Virus record (IMG/VR): IMGVR_UViG_3300046457_000175
Span: 1 to 64,000 of that record
DNA from: a virus
DNA: 64,000 nt
Strand: one strand, 5' to 3'
In this document: positions 39,243 through 48,498 of the stretch, piece after piece
How positions within the stretch are numbered: position 1 is the stretch's first letter
Layout of the letters: each line of letters starts with the position of its first letter
Notes under the pieces: model-generated
What the model saw: only the letters and a program-made list of their open reading frames with translations
What the model was told of the DNA's origin: nothing
Databases searched by the model: none
Translations under genes and position numbers: made by a program

Positions 39243-39736
39243 GCTACCTCTTTGTTCTGCCGCTCGTCGTTGTCGTTGGCGGCGTCCTTGTAGTTGGACT
39301 GGGCCCGGGCTTCCTTGAGCAGCTCGTCGAGATCGAGCCCGGGGATGATGACCGACGCGACGATTTCCATCGCCCGATCGAAGTAGATCTTGAACTCCTC
39401 CTCCGGCATCGCGTCGAACGCGGTGGAGGAGGGGACGTAGATGAACTCGCCCTCGGTCGTGAGGATGGGCTCAGTCACGTTGCAGGCCAGCAGCAGCGTT
39501 TTGTGGAGCGCGTCCTCGGTCGAGAACTTGTCGGTGTTGTTGACGATGATCCGCAGCGTCACCCGATACAGGCGATGCCGCGGGCCGCTGCGTGGCTGGG
39601 CGAGCTGGATCCGGAGGGGGACGTTCTCCGGGTAGCGCTCGAACATCTCGACGTCGAACGGTGCGTGAGGGATCAGCGAGCCCTCGACCTTTCTGACGAG
39701 AATCCACTGGCTCTTGGACTTGTTGGTCTTGCTCAT
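39239..39736 (-). CDS. DUF1367/NinB-like recombination-associated protein
   Basis: HRLY...EDALH...PSSTAFDAM.EEEFKIYF. Confidence 0.65.
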   Translation of the reverse strand: MSKTNKSKSQWILVRKVEGSLIPHAPFDVEMFERYPENVPLRIQLAQPRSGPRHRLYRVTLRIIVNNTDKFSTEDALHKTLLLACNVTEPILTTEGEFIYVPSSTAFDAMPEEEFKIYFDRAMEIVASVIIPGLDLDELLKEARAQSNYKDAANDNDERQNKEVA

Positions 39737-39742
39737 GACACC

Positions 39743-40045
39743 TCAGATCAGGGCTAATTGCCGCGGCGGCTTCTTCTTCGGCTGCGGCTGCTGGGGAGCT
39801 TCCTTGGCAAGTTCGCCGAGGCTCCGGACGTGATCGCGGCAGGCGTTAGCCAGCATGTCGATCTGCTCCTGAGACAGCTCGTACTGTTCCCGGTGGGCGG
39901 ATTCCTCCACCCACCAGGCACGGAGACTGCCGGCGCTGCCTGCGATTTTGATCCCAAACAGCGCCAGCTCGCAGTACGCCTCAGCTGGGGTCATGCCACT
40001 TGCCGAGGAATCTGGCGGCACCCTCGTAAAACTCCATCCAGTCAC
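39743..40045 (-). CDS. Hypothetical protein (start uncertain)
   Basis: In recombination operon. Confidence 0.45.
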   Translation of the reverse strand: MTGWSFTRVPPDSSASGMTPAEAYCELALFGIKIAGSAGSLRAWWVEESAHREQYELSQEQIDMLANACRDHVRSLGELAKEAPQQPQPKKKPPRQLALI

Positions 40046-40131
40046 CCTTGAACGTCGTGTTCTGGTTGGCCTTCAGGAAGTTGCGATGGAGCTTTTTCGC
40101 CAGCTCCACCGCCTCGGGGTTGAACGTCGTA

Positions 40132-40974
40132 TCAGCCACTCGCGGCCTCCTTGTCCTGCCTGGCCGGCTTGCTCCAGCCCAGCTTCTTCAGGCAATCCGT
40201 GGCAAAGCCGCGGAGGTCGGCGACCGCGTCTTTCGACATCTCGCCCATCATCTCCTTCACGTCCTTGCTGTTCATGAACTCCGTGACTTCCTTGATCGAC
40301 TTGCAGTTCCGGAGGTCCGTCTCTGCCTTGATGATCATGTCGTCGTGCCGGTTGCCGCCGCGCTTGTCGCCACCGTCATTGTCACGACGGTTGTCGTTAT
40401 CCTGGCGGTTGTCGTTGCTGGCCTGATCGCGACTATCGTCACGGCGATCATCGCCACGGTTGTCACGGTCGTCGCTCCGGGGTGCGGTCTTGAAGTCGTC
40501 GGCCTCCTCGGACGAGTAGGCATCGCCGTGCAGGTCGGCGAGCTTGAGGATCACGCGATCCTTGGCGCGCTTCTCAGCCATGGCGTACGGGTAGGCAGCC
40601 TGGGAGCCGCTGACGATGTAGTTGCCGAAGCAGCCATCCTTCGGCTCCTTGATCTCCTTGCCCCAGTTGTTCTTCTTGCCGGTGCCGACCAGCTGAGTGA
40701 TCTTGGCTTCGCCGATCGACCACTCCATTTTGTCGCCGACGCTGCCGAACACGATGATCACGGCCTCATCCGCCTCAGCGCGGATGATCTGGGGCTTGTC
40801 GTAGCGGATGCCCATAGCAGCACCGAGACGCTCGACGTCCTTGTGCTTGACGACTGGAGTCCCTTGGACCTCCCAGATCGCATCTTTGTCGATGTCGACC
40901 TTGTGCTTGTCGAAGACGTCGTAGATCTTGTCGAGCCGGGCGCGATTGTTGCCGTTGTTGTTCTGGCGAGCCAT
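40132..40974 (-). CDS. Probable ssDNA-annealing recombinase (Sak3/Rad52-like)
   Basis: SIGEA...YPYAMAEKRAKDRVILKL...YSSEEADDF; next to exonuclease. Confidence 0.68.
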   Translation of the reverse strand: MARQNNNGNNRARLDKIYDVFDKHKVDIDKDAIWEVQGTPVVKHKDVERLGAAMGIRYDKPQIIRAEADEAVIIVFGSVGDKMEWSIGEAKITQLVGTGKKNNWGKEIKEPKDGCFGNYIVSGSQAAYPYAMAEKRAKDRVILKLADLHGDAYSSEEADDFKTAPRSDDRDNRGDDRRDDSRDQASNDNRQDNDNRRDNDGGDKRGGNRHDDMIIKAETDLRNCKSIKEVTEFMNSKDVKEMMGEMSKDAVADLRGFATDCLKKLGWSKPARQDKEAASG

Positions 40975-40986
40975 TTTTGCCTCCGA

Positions 40987-41934
40987 TTATGCCGCTTCTT
41001 CAGCGGCGGGTTTGTCGTTGCTATTCGCGGGTTTCTTGCGCGGCGCCCGGGTCTTCGTTGCCGCTTCTTTTGCCGGTTCCTCTGCCGGTGCCGGCGGCCG
41101 GTTGGCTGCCTCTGCGACAGCCTCCTTGATGGCCTCCTCGTCGAACTTGATCAGCTGCTTGCCGTCCTTCGACAGGTTGATGGCGATACCCTTGCCGGCA
41201 GCGGATTTGGCATCCGCGGGGAACAGCTTCTTGATCGCCTTCTTGGCCTTGTCGTGCTTCTCGACAGCCGGCTTGGTGCTGAGCAGCGTGAAGGCCAGAT
41301 CGCACCACTCGTTGTTGGTGCTCATGTCGTGGATCTTGATGCGCTCTGCGATCGGGATGTCGATCTTCGGAGCACCAGGCACGCGGCCGGTCTCGACGCA
41401 GTCCCAGAAGTCCTTCTCCGCTTCGAGCAGGGCGATCTGGTAGAACAGGTCCGCCTCGACATCGAGGATGACGTGCTGAGCTGCACCAGTCAGAATCGAC
41501 AGGTAGCCCTTCGGCAAATCCGTCACCATCATGTTGTGCTGGACCTGCGGGTAATACTTCTCGTACGCCTCCTGCTTGTTGAAGCCGAAGGGGAACATGA
41601 ACTTGAACTCGACGATCGCGATCGGGTCCGACTCCGGTGTCCTGCGCACCAGACCGTCGAGTGTGGTGTGAGCCAGCTCCCAGGCGTAGTAGTGGACCTT
41701 CTTCTGCTCGTCGGTGACGACCAGATCCATCTCGTCCTCGAACAGGTCTGCGTTCAGAGGTTCGGTCAGGTTGCCGAGATTGATCAGGATCACCTCGTCG
41801 AGGTTCTCCGGAACAGCCTCGCCACGCTTCTCCAACCACAGGCGCTCGATCGCCTCTTGATCGCCGGACATGATGATCTTGGCGTCAGATCCGCCGATAG
41901 ACTTCATGCGGGCGGCACGAGCCTCTTCGCTCAT
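40987..41934 (-). CDS. YqaJ/lambda-exonuclease-family nuclease
   Basis: R..SIGGSDA, TLDG, EFK, YYPQVQHNM. Confidence 0.9.
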   Translation of the reverse strand: MSEEARAARMKSIGGSDAKIIMSGDQEAIERLWLEKRGEAVPENLDEVILINLGNLTEPLNADLFEDEMDLVVTDEQKKVHYYAWELAHTTLDGLVRRTPESDPIAIVEFKFMFPFGFNKQEAYEKYYPQVQHNMMVTDLPKGYLSILTGAAQHVILDVEADLFYQIALLEAEKDFWDCVETGRVPGAPKIDIPIAERIKIHDMSTNNEWCDLAFTLLSTKPAVEKHDKAKKAIKKLFPADAKSAAGKGIAINLSKDGKQLIKFDEEAIKEAVAEAANRPPAPAEEPAKEAATKTRAPRKKPANSNDKPAAEEAA

Positions 41935-41971
41935 GCCAATGTGTCCAGTTCGCTTCCTCATTGTGCAAATC

Positions 41972-41987
41972 CTTGCATTCAAACAAA
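41972..41987 (-). promoter_or_regulatory. Operator-like motif copy 12 (top strand CTTGCATTCAAACAAA)
   Basis: Immediately after dnaQ stop. Confidence 0.7.
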
Positions 41988-41990
41988 TGG

Positions 41991-42665
41991 TTAGACGTAC
42001 TGACGCCAGATGGCCTTGTCGCCGAGGGTCTCGACGAAGGCTCTGTGGGCCGCACGATCCTCATTGGTGATGGGGCTCGGCAGCGGCGTTGGCCGCTGCA
42101 GAGTCTTTGGTGCGTCGAAGACTTCCTGCACGGCCTCGGAGGCCAGCGACATGCCGAACTGCCGGCCGCCGCACAGCTCCACGTAGACCTGAGCCAGAAG
42201 CTCGGAGTCGAGAAGGGCTCCGTGCGTTATTCGTCTCGACGAGTCGATGTCGTAGAGCGAGCAGAGTGCATCCAGGGTGTGCCGGCGACGCGGATGGACC
42301 GCCTTCGCCAGCTCCAGGGTGTCGACCACTTCGTTCTCAAGCGGGTTGATGCCGAGCCGGTCCAGCTCCTCATTGATCATGCCCATATCGAAAGCTGCGT
42401 TGTGGATGACCAGACGGGCTCCTTCGATGAAGTTCAGGAACCGGTTATGAATCCGCTTGAACGTCGGCTTCGTGCGGAGAAACACGTCGCTCAGACCGTG
42501 GACCTTGTAGGCTTCCCTGTGAACAGGATGCAGCGGGTTGCAGTACTGATGGTACGTGTTCCCTGTGGGGATCATGTCGATCATCTCGACACAGCCGATC
42601 TCACAGATCCGATCGACTTTGCGATCGAGCCCGGTCGTCTCCGTGTCGAGAATGATCTCACGCAT
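41991..42665 (-). CDS. dnaQ: DNA polymerase III epsilon-like DEDDh exonuclease
   Basis: ILDTETTG, EIGCVE, VHGL, HNAAFD, LDALC, HGALLDS, GGRQ. Confidence 0.92.
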   Translation of the reverse strand: MREIILDTETTGLDRKVDRICEIGCVEMIDMIPTGNTYHQYCNPLHPVHREAYKVHGLSDVFLRTKPTFKRIHNRFLNFIEGARLVIHNAAFDMGMINEELDRLGINPLENEVVDTLELAKAVHPRRRHTLDALCSLYDIDSSRRITHGALLDSELLAQVYVELCGGRQFGMSLASEAVQEVFDAPKTLQRPTPLPSPITNEDRAAHRAFVETLGDKAIWRQYV

Positions 42666-43632
42666 TCGTCAGTTCTTCCATAAGTGGCTCGGTCACCGTC
42701 TGGTACCGCTGCATCCGGGTGATTGCCTTGACCTCATCGACGGAGATCTCGAACTCGGCTGCGATGTTGCGCAGACCATCGTCCGGGATGAAGTCTTTCC
42801 AACCACGGCTCAGCTTCCAGTAGCGCTTGAACACGCCTGGCACATAATCAGGTGCTGAGGGCTTGGACGTGGATGCTGCCGGCGTCATCGTGATTGCCGT
42901 ATCGACGTCGATACGCTTGGTGGCAACGGGGGCCGGAGCGGTCGCAACGGGAGCCGGGGCTGGCTTGGTCGCCGCGATATACGGCTTCCTACGGCCCGGC
43001 TTGGGCTTCCACTTGCGCAAGCACTTCGCGTTTTCGCCTGATCCGAACGCCTGTTCCCACAGATCGTCCAACTTCCAGTCACCACGCACGCTATCCTTGA
43101 ACAGCGAGACGTACGGATACGGCCCGTTCGTGTTGACCTTCAGCTCCTGACCTGCTTGCCGGCGGCCTTCCTCCGTGTCCTTGCGTTCCACCACACGATC
43201 GAGACTGCGCACCCGACGATCCGAGGAAATCTCGTAGAAGCCTCGATATAGACGGATTGGCTTCCACTTCACGACCTCGCCCCGAGCGTCGCTCTCAACC
43301 TTTTCCGTTTTCGCCGGGTTGCGCTCATTCTTCCAGAGAGGGATCGCCATCGCGCCGCCCCCGAACTCCTGCTCCATCAGGTCATCGACAGTGAAGCACA
43401 TCTCCTCGCGAAGCCGGAAAAGCGTGACGCGCTCTTCACCTGACGCGGTGATCCTCTTCTGCTTGATGCGCTCGGGGACTGTCGTCATATCGCCTCGGCT
43501 CCCCATTCGCGGGACGAAGCGCTCGACGCCCTTGATTCTGCGCAAGCTCGAGATCTGGTAGTCACCGTTGAAGCCCTGGATATCTTTCCAGTCCTCGGTC
43601 TGATTGATCGGTAGTTCGTGCTGCTCGTTCAT
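42658..43632 (-). CDS. Tandem NUMOD4-domain protein with C-terminal HTH, no HNH core seen
   Basis: Two W..I....G.Y.ISS..R motifs. Confidence 0.7.
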   Translation of the reverse strand: MNEQHELPINQTEDWKDIQGFNGDYQISSLRRIKGVERFVPRMGSRGDMTTVPERIKQKRITASGEERVTLFRLREEMCFTVDDLMEQEFGGGAMAIPLWKNERNPAKTEKVESDARGEVVKWKPIRLYRGFYEISSDRRVRSLDRVVERKDTEEGRRQAGQELKVNTNGPYPYVSLFKDSVRGDWKLDDLWEQAFGSGENAKCLRKWKPKPGRRKPYIAATKPAPAPVATAPAPVATKRIDVDTAITMTPAASTSKPSAPDYVPGVFKRYWKLSRGWKDFIPDDGLRNIAAEFEISVDEVKAITRMQRYQTVTEPLMEELTNA

Positions 43633-43838
43633 CGCCGTATCGGTCTCCTGGTAAATGGGTCGATGCCGTCTTCACGGATCTGGATGTTGAGTTGTTCGTG
43701 CGCCCGGTCCAGGACGGCCTCGGACGCAGAGTGGTAGGCGGACCTCGCGAGATCGATTTCGTGCGGCGATGCCCCCGAAAGGATTGCCGCCCGAAACCGC
43801 TCCAGCGTCGAGAGCTGAACATGCAGGGCTGAGTGCAT
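43629..43838 (-). CDS. Hypothetical protein (start uncertain)
   Basis: ATGA overlap at 3' end. Confidence 0.4.
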   Translation of the reverse strand: MHSALHVQLSTLERFRAAILSGASPHEIDLARSAYHSASEAVLDRAHEQLNIQIREDGIDPFTRRPIRR

Positions 43839-43866
43839 GTTCAGGTGAGCCTCAGCCCCTTCTTGG

Positions 43867-44499
43867 CTACGCCGCGTCACGGAGCCAGGTCTTCCGGAAG
43901 GTGATGCCGGTGCGTTCCTCGAACCGGCGCAGCAAGGCGACCACTTCGTCGGCATTGAACTTGGTGTAGAGACCATCGAGCGACGGCGCGGCGTCCTTGA
44001 AGAAGGTCGAAGTCGGCTTCTCGATCGGGTAGATGTCCTCGAACTGCTGCAGCATCAGGACGGTCTCGTTGCCAGCGATGCGGATGGTGTGCAGGTCGTC
44101 AGCCTGCATGTAGTAGGACTCGCCATTGGTGAACCGACTGCGGTTCGCCTCGAACAGCATCTCCTCACCAGCGAAAGTGAAACCGTCGCCGCCGTTCATC
44201 GGCGTCCGATACTCGAACCAGTTGTAGATCTTGCCCAGCTCGTCATTCATGGTGCGACGGAACCAGACGTTCTCGACAGCGCCGGCTGCGACGAAGGTCT
44301 CGAAGTCGTAGCGGTGGTCGTGAGGCGCAACGACCTCGGGCAGCTTGTTGACGTCGCCGTCGAAGAAGTGCAGCCGAACCGTCTCCGTCTCCGAGCGCTT
44401 CAGGCAGAGATAATGGAAACCCTTGACGTGCATGTCCTTGAACGAGTGCTCAACGATCTGGTCGATGTCGAGTCTGGCCGGCAGCGGAAGGCTATTCAT
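43867..44499 (-). CDS. Cupin-like hypothetical protein
   Basis: PHDHRYDF...DDLHTI metal-site pattern. Confidence 0.55.
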   Translation of the reverse strand: MNSLPLPARLDIDQIVEHSFKDMHVKGFHYLCLKRSETETVRLHFFDGDVNKLPEVVAPHDHRYDFETFVAAGAVENVWFRRTMNDELGKIYNWFEYRTPMNGGDGFTFAGEEMLFEANRSRFTNGESYYMQADDLHTIRIAGNETVLMLQQFEDIYPIEKPTSTFFKDAAPSLDGLYTKFNADEVVALLRRFEERTGITFRKTWLRDAA

Positions 44500-45089
44500 T
44501 GGGTGTAAACCTCTTTGAAGGTGATGCCGTCTCCCGGGATGATGCCCAGGGTTCGCTTGAGACCGGTCGAGATGAAGCCGACCGTCCTCGTTCGGATGTC
44601 GTAAGCGACCTGCCGATCCCGGCTGCGCGGGGAGGTGGGCAGGTAAATTTTGTGAACCAGTTCGGAGTCACCGCCGCGTGCGAGTGCGACTGCTGCCTTG
44701 GTCAGCCGATCTGGAATGCGAGCGCTCACGCAAAACCGCATCCACGCCAGGACACCGAGAGCGCGATCGACGTCATCCCGTTGGGGCATGACCTTGGTGT
44801 TGCCGTCGAATGGCTTCATGGCGCTGAGCAGGCGGATCTTCTCGATCACAACCAGCTCGGCGCGGGTCATGCCGACCATGTTCCAGCCGCCGGATCTATG
44901 ACCGGACGTGAGCCAGCGGCGCTCCTGGTCAGGTGTCTTTTCGATGACCTCGACGGCCTCGACGAGCAGCTGCCAGATAACATCTGAGTGGCGGGCCTGA
45001 TTGCCTCGGAGGGCCACGGCCAGCTCGCCACCATGGGCGAGCCAGCCGAGAGCCTTCGTACGGTCCTCAAGCGGTGACGAGATTGTCAT
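44496..45089 (-). CDS. Hypothetical protein
   Basis: Phage-like codon usage; ATGA overlap. Confidence 0.6.
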   Translation of the reverse strand: MTISSPLEDRTKALGWLAHGGELAVALRGNQARHSDVIWQLLVEAVEVIEKTPDQERRWLTSGHRSGGWNMVGMTRAELVVIEKIRLLSAMKPFDGNTKVMPQRDDVDRALGVLAWMRFCVSARIPDRLTKAAVALARGGDSELVHKIYLPTSPRSRDRQVAYDIRTRTVGFISTGLKRTLGIIPGDGITFKEVYTQ

Positions 45090-45417
45090 TCCGGATACCT
45101 GAGACCGTGGGTTGGCCGCCGGAGATCCGGCGACGGGTTGCGCGGTATTCGAAGAGGTTCTCGCCGATACGGAGCTGCGTCAGGTGAAGCAGTCCGTGCT
45201 TGGTGTCCTGAAGGACACGGCTGGCGACGAAGTTAAGCGCTTCGATGCGAGAGCGCTCGGACGACCGGAGCACGTCATCGACCGGCACTTTGATCTGGCG
45301 GTCGTACTGGAGGTCACCCTGCCAGTAGACCAGGACGTCGCCATTGGCGGCATCCTTGATCCAGTCGTAGTACTCAGCGATAGCGCCCGGGCCGATCTCC
45401 AGGACGGTTCTTGCCAT
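45067..45417 (-). CDS. Hypothetical protein
   Basis: GDVLVYWQG...LHLTQ...FEY.A. Confidence 0.55.
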   Translation of the reverse strand: MARTVLEIGPGAIAEYYDWIKDAANGDVLVYWQGDLQYDRQIKVPVDDVLRSSERSRIEALNFVASRVLQDTKHGLLHLTQLRIGENLFEYRATRRRISGGQPTVSGIRNDNLVTA

Positions 45418-45418
45418 A

Positions 45419-45871
45419 TTAGGCCACCAGATCCTGCAGAAGCTTCGCATGGATCTCAACGACGGTCGTGAGACCCTCGATGATGCGACCGAGTTGAGCG
45501 ACAGCCTCGACCTTGTCTTCCATGGGCAGCTCGTCGGACAGTTCGAAATCCGGATCGAACACGACCTCGAAGTCGTCGTCGTTGTCGTCCTCGTCCTCTT
45601 CGTCCGGATCATTCTCGTCACCGCCGTCGCTGGCGAGGTCGAGACCGAAGACGGCGTTCACGAGGGCGTCGAGGGAGTTGTACTCGCCGAGCGCCTTGGA
45701 GAACTCGTCCTGCGGACCGAGGCAGATGCCGGGCGGGCAGTCGCAGAGCGCAGCCGGCGGCTCGCCGATGGAGCCCAGTACAGTCAGCATGGCGATCAGG
45801 TCGATCGGCAGCCCGGTCTGCATCAGGGCCTCGCCGATCTCGCGATCGTCCAGGGAAACTTTGGATGTCAT
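45419..45871 (-). CDS. Highly acidic hypothetical protein
   Basis: D/E tract; GGAG RBS. Confidence 0.6.
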   Translation of the reverse strand: MTSKVSLDDREIGEALMQTGLPIDLIAMLTVLGSIGEPPAALCDCPPGICLGPQDEFSKALGEYNSLDALVNAVFGLDLASDGGDENDPDEEDEDDNDDDFEVVFDPDFELSDELPMEDKVEAVAQLGRIIEGLTTVVEIHAKLLQDLVA

Positions 45872-45881
45872 TCTAGCTCCG

Positions 45882-45897
45882 TTTGCAATCGTGCAAA
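45882..45897 (-). promoter_or_regulatory. Operator-like motif copy 13 (top strand TTTGCAATCGTGCAAA)
   Basis: 10 nt upstream of ATG at 45871. Confidence 0.75.
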
Positions 45898-45911
45898 TGA
45901 TAAGATGTGAA

Positions 45912-46024
45912 AAGGGGCGCCCCAGCACGCACAACCAATGGAGCGCCCCTCGATTTCCCCGCTCAACGGGGAAGCTCAGATAAACTCACCGCACCTCATG
46001 CGGGTGAGGACGTCAGTCGGACGA
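45912..46024 (-). ncRNA. Candidate multi-hairpin RNA / terminator downstream of ssb
   Basis: Three consecutive stems, the last followed by TTTT on the minus strand. Confidence 0.3.
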
Positions 46025-46681
46025 TCAAAACGGAATGTCGTCATCCATGTCGTTGTTGCGACCGCCGCCGTTGTTGGCGTTGCCGCCGCGGCTGCTGCCA
46101 CGGTCATTGCCACCACGGTCATCGCGATCGTCACGGCCACGGTTGCCACCACGGCTTGCGCCACGATCATCGCCGCCGCGGTCGTCGTCGCGAGAGTTTC
46201 CACGGCTCGACGAGCTACGGCTTCCGCGGTCATCGTTGCCACCGCGATCGTCACGGTCGCGGCTGTTGCCGCTGCTGCGGGAGCTGCCACGGCTATCGCT
46301 GCCACGGTCGTTCTTGTTGTCGTTGTCGAACGACAGCTTCATCAGCGCATCGATCGGAGCGAAGGCGGGGATGACGATCTCGGTCGAGTAGCGATCGACG
46401 CCGTCCTTGTCTTCCCACTTGCGGGTCTGGATCTTGCCTTCCAGACGGACCAAGTCGCCCTTATGGACGTAGTCCTCGACGAACTTGATCGTGTTCTCGT
46501 TCCAGACGACGATATTGTGCCACTCGGTCTTCTCCTGCTTCTCGCCGGAGCGCTTGTCCTTCCAGGTCTCACTGGTAGCGACGCTGAAGTTCGCGACCTT
46601 GGAACCGTTGGACAGGGATTTCACTTCGGGGTCTTTACCGAGCCGCCCGATCAGCTCAACTTTGTTCAGACTTGATGCCAT
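46025..46681 (-). CDS. ssb: Single-stranded DNA-binding protein
   Basis: LNKVELIGRLGKDPE, TEWHNIV, KIQTRKW, DDDIPF tail. Confidence 0.96.
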   Translation of the reverse strand: MASSLNKVELIGRLGKDPEVKSLSNGSKVANFSVATSETWKDKRSGEKQEKTEWHNIVVWNENTIKFVEDYVHKGDLVRLEGKIQTRKWEDKDGVDRYSTEIVIPAFAPIDALMKLSFDNDNKNDRGSDSRGSSRSSGNSRDRDDRGGNDDRGSRSSSSRGNSRDDDRGGDDRGASRGGNRGRDDRDDRGGNDRGSSRGGNANNGGGRNNDMDDDIPF

Positions 46682-46715
46682 TGGTCTCTCCTTCTGTGTT
46701 TGCATTAGCATTTCG

Positions 46716-46731
46716 TTTGCATTCAAGCAAG
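46716..46731 (-). promoter_or_regulatory. Operator-like motif copy 14 (top strand TTTGCATTCAAGCAAG), with half-site at 46699
   Basis: Between helicase stop and ssb start. Confidence 0.75.
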
Positions 46732-46738
46732 CGAAAAG

Positions 46739-48292
46739 TTACGTGAAAGGCGCAACAAATAGTCCGGTCCGCTCGTCGAAGGACAGGATCGAGATGCCGG
46801 TGTTGCCGGCGAGCCGCTTGAGGCGGACCTTTGCGATGTTGATCTCGCGATCGTTGGGGCTGTCTTCATTGCCGCCGTGAACCAGAATGCCGAGGTCGGC
46901 CTTGTTCGCCCAGTGCGCGGAGTCCGAGATGTTGTAGAGCCCCGGCTTCTGCCCAGCATCCAGCTTCGTCGGGTGAGCCACCACGATGACGCAGACACCA
47001 AACTGCTTCGCGAACCGCTTGAGCATCTTGATCGCCTTTCCAACGTACTCCGTCAGCGACATGTTGGCCGGACGGTTGTGCTCCAGCTCGTTCCAGGGGT
47101 CGACGACCATGCACTTCACGCCATCGCGGAACACCGCGACCATTGCCGTGTCGATCAGGAACTTGACGTCGATCTCAAAGTCTTTGCCTTCATCGTAGTC
47201 GATGAACTGGAAGTATCTCTGGACGAACGCCTCGGCTTTCTTCTTCTCCTCGAACGTCCATGTCTTGCGCTCCTTTTCCAGGAAGGCGGTCATCAGCTCG
47301 TGTGCGAGGAACGGCTTGACGTCCTTCTCACCCGAGAAGATGGCGATCGGCCACTTGTGCTTCTTCGCCAGCAGCACTGCGACCTGGTTGATCAGCGTCG
47401 ACTTGCCGACGTTGGGCGTGCCGGTGCAGACCACGAACTGGCCGGGGTAGAACTTCATCAGGCCGTCCAGCTCCGCGGACAGACCGATCTCGCACATAGC
47501 CGGCACTTCCAGCTCCGGATAGTCGGAGAGGCGGAACAGACCCTTGACCGGCCATGGCTTGGCCGCCTGGATCATATCCGTCACCGCCTTGGCGCCGAGA
47601 TATTGCCTGACCTCGTTGAGATCCTTGGGGGCTCTGAGTTTGTTCCTGTTCTTCTTGTCCGGAACGACCTCGTCCGTGGGGTACTCGACCCAGAAACACT
47701 TGGCCGCACCGAGACGTCTGACCAACTCCTTGGCCAGGCGCTGGCCTGGCTCGTCAGCGTCGGTGCAGATGATGTGGTGCTTGACCTCCATGATCTGGTG
47801 CATCAGCCGGCCCATGAACGCGAACTTGTCGTCGTCCTCGGGGTCGATATCGCTGTCGTCGTCGGGCACATCGATCAGCCGACCCTTGGCGTCGCGGGCT
47901 GGCGGCGCACCATCGGGGACCGAGACGATGGTCTCGTAGCTGCACTCCTTGCCGGCGAGCACGTCGAACTCGCCCTCGACCCAGATCAGCGACTCATCGC
48001 CCTGGCGAAGTGCGTCCATCAGTGCCGGGTGGAATAGCACTTCCGCATTGTACAGCGTCTTGACCGCGTCCTTGCGCTGCATGAAGCGGCGCTGTCCGTC
48101 CTGCGACCACCGGTATTTGGTGTTCACCTCGACGCCATGCTCGAAGTAGGGGAAGCAGAGGATGTTGCCACGCTCGTCAGCTTCGATTGACCCATCGTGC
48201 GAGCGACGCCCGCTGTAGAGCCCCATAGCCGCCGCCGTTTCGACGCTCAGGCCGCGGTCCTCGATCCCCCGTGCGTGCTTCTCGTTTAGCAT
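46739..48292 (-). CDS. Twinkle/T7 gp4-like primase (TOPRIM)-SF4 helicase lacking the zinc-binding domain
   Basis: KYR, EGEFD, SVPDGA, D.DEPG, KDLNE, GTPNVGKST, VVDPWN, VAHPTK, ISDSAHW. Confidence 0.9.
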   Translation of the reverse strand: MLNEKHARGIEDRGLSVETAAAMGLYSGRRSHDGSIEADERGNILCFPYFEHGVEVNTKYRWSQDGQRRFMQRKDAVKTLYNAEVLFHPALMDALRQGDESLIWVEGEFDVLAGKECSYETIVSVPDGAPPARDAKGRLIDVPDDDSDIDPEDDDKFAFMGRLMHQIMEVKHHIICTDADEPGQRLAKELVRRLGAAKCFWVEYPTDEVVPDKKNRNKLRAPKDLNEVRQYLGAKAVTDMIQAAKPWPVKGLFRLSDYPELEVPAMCEIGLSAELDGLMKFYPGQFVVCTGTPNVGKSTLINQVAVLLAKKHKWPIAIFSGEKDVKPFLAHELMTAFLEKERKTWTFEEKKKAEAFVQRYFQFIDYDEGKDFEIDVKFLIDTAMVAVFRDGVKCMVVDPWNELEHNRPANMSLTEYVGKAIKMLKRFAKQFGVCVIVVAHPTKLDAGQKPGLYNISDSAHWANKADLGILVHGGNEDSPNDREINIAKVRLKRLAGNTGISILSFDERTGLFVAPFT

Positions 48293-48497
48293 TCTCTGAT
48301 CCAACCCATCCACAGTTCTTGCAATTCCAGACGACCCCGCTGACATCGATCTTCACCGATAGGCAGCGGATTTTCTTGTGAGCGCCCTTCCGCTTGTGCG
48401 AACACTGCGGACAGGTCGAATACTGATTTCCGAATTTGATGGACCGCAGCTTGATCCCCTCTTCGGACAGGACCTTCTCGATATCCACACTGGCCAT
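48177..48497 (-). CDS. Stand-alone primase zinc-binding domain
   Basis: STCPQCS..RK...CLSVKI...WNCKNCGW.G. Confidence 0.8.
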   Translation of the reverse strand: MASVDIEKVLSEEGIKLRSIKFGNQYSTCPQCSHKRKGAHKKIRCLSVKIDVSGVVWNCKNCGWVGSENAKREARTGDRGPRPERRNGGGYGALQRASLARWVNRS

Positions 48498-48498
48498 G

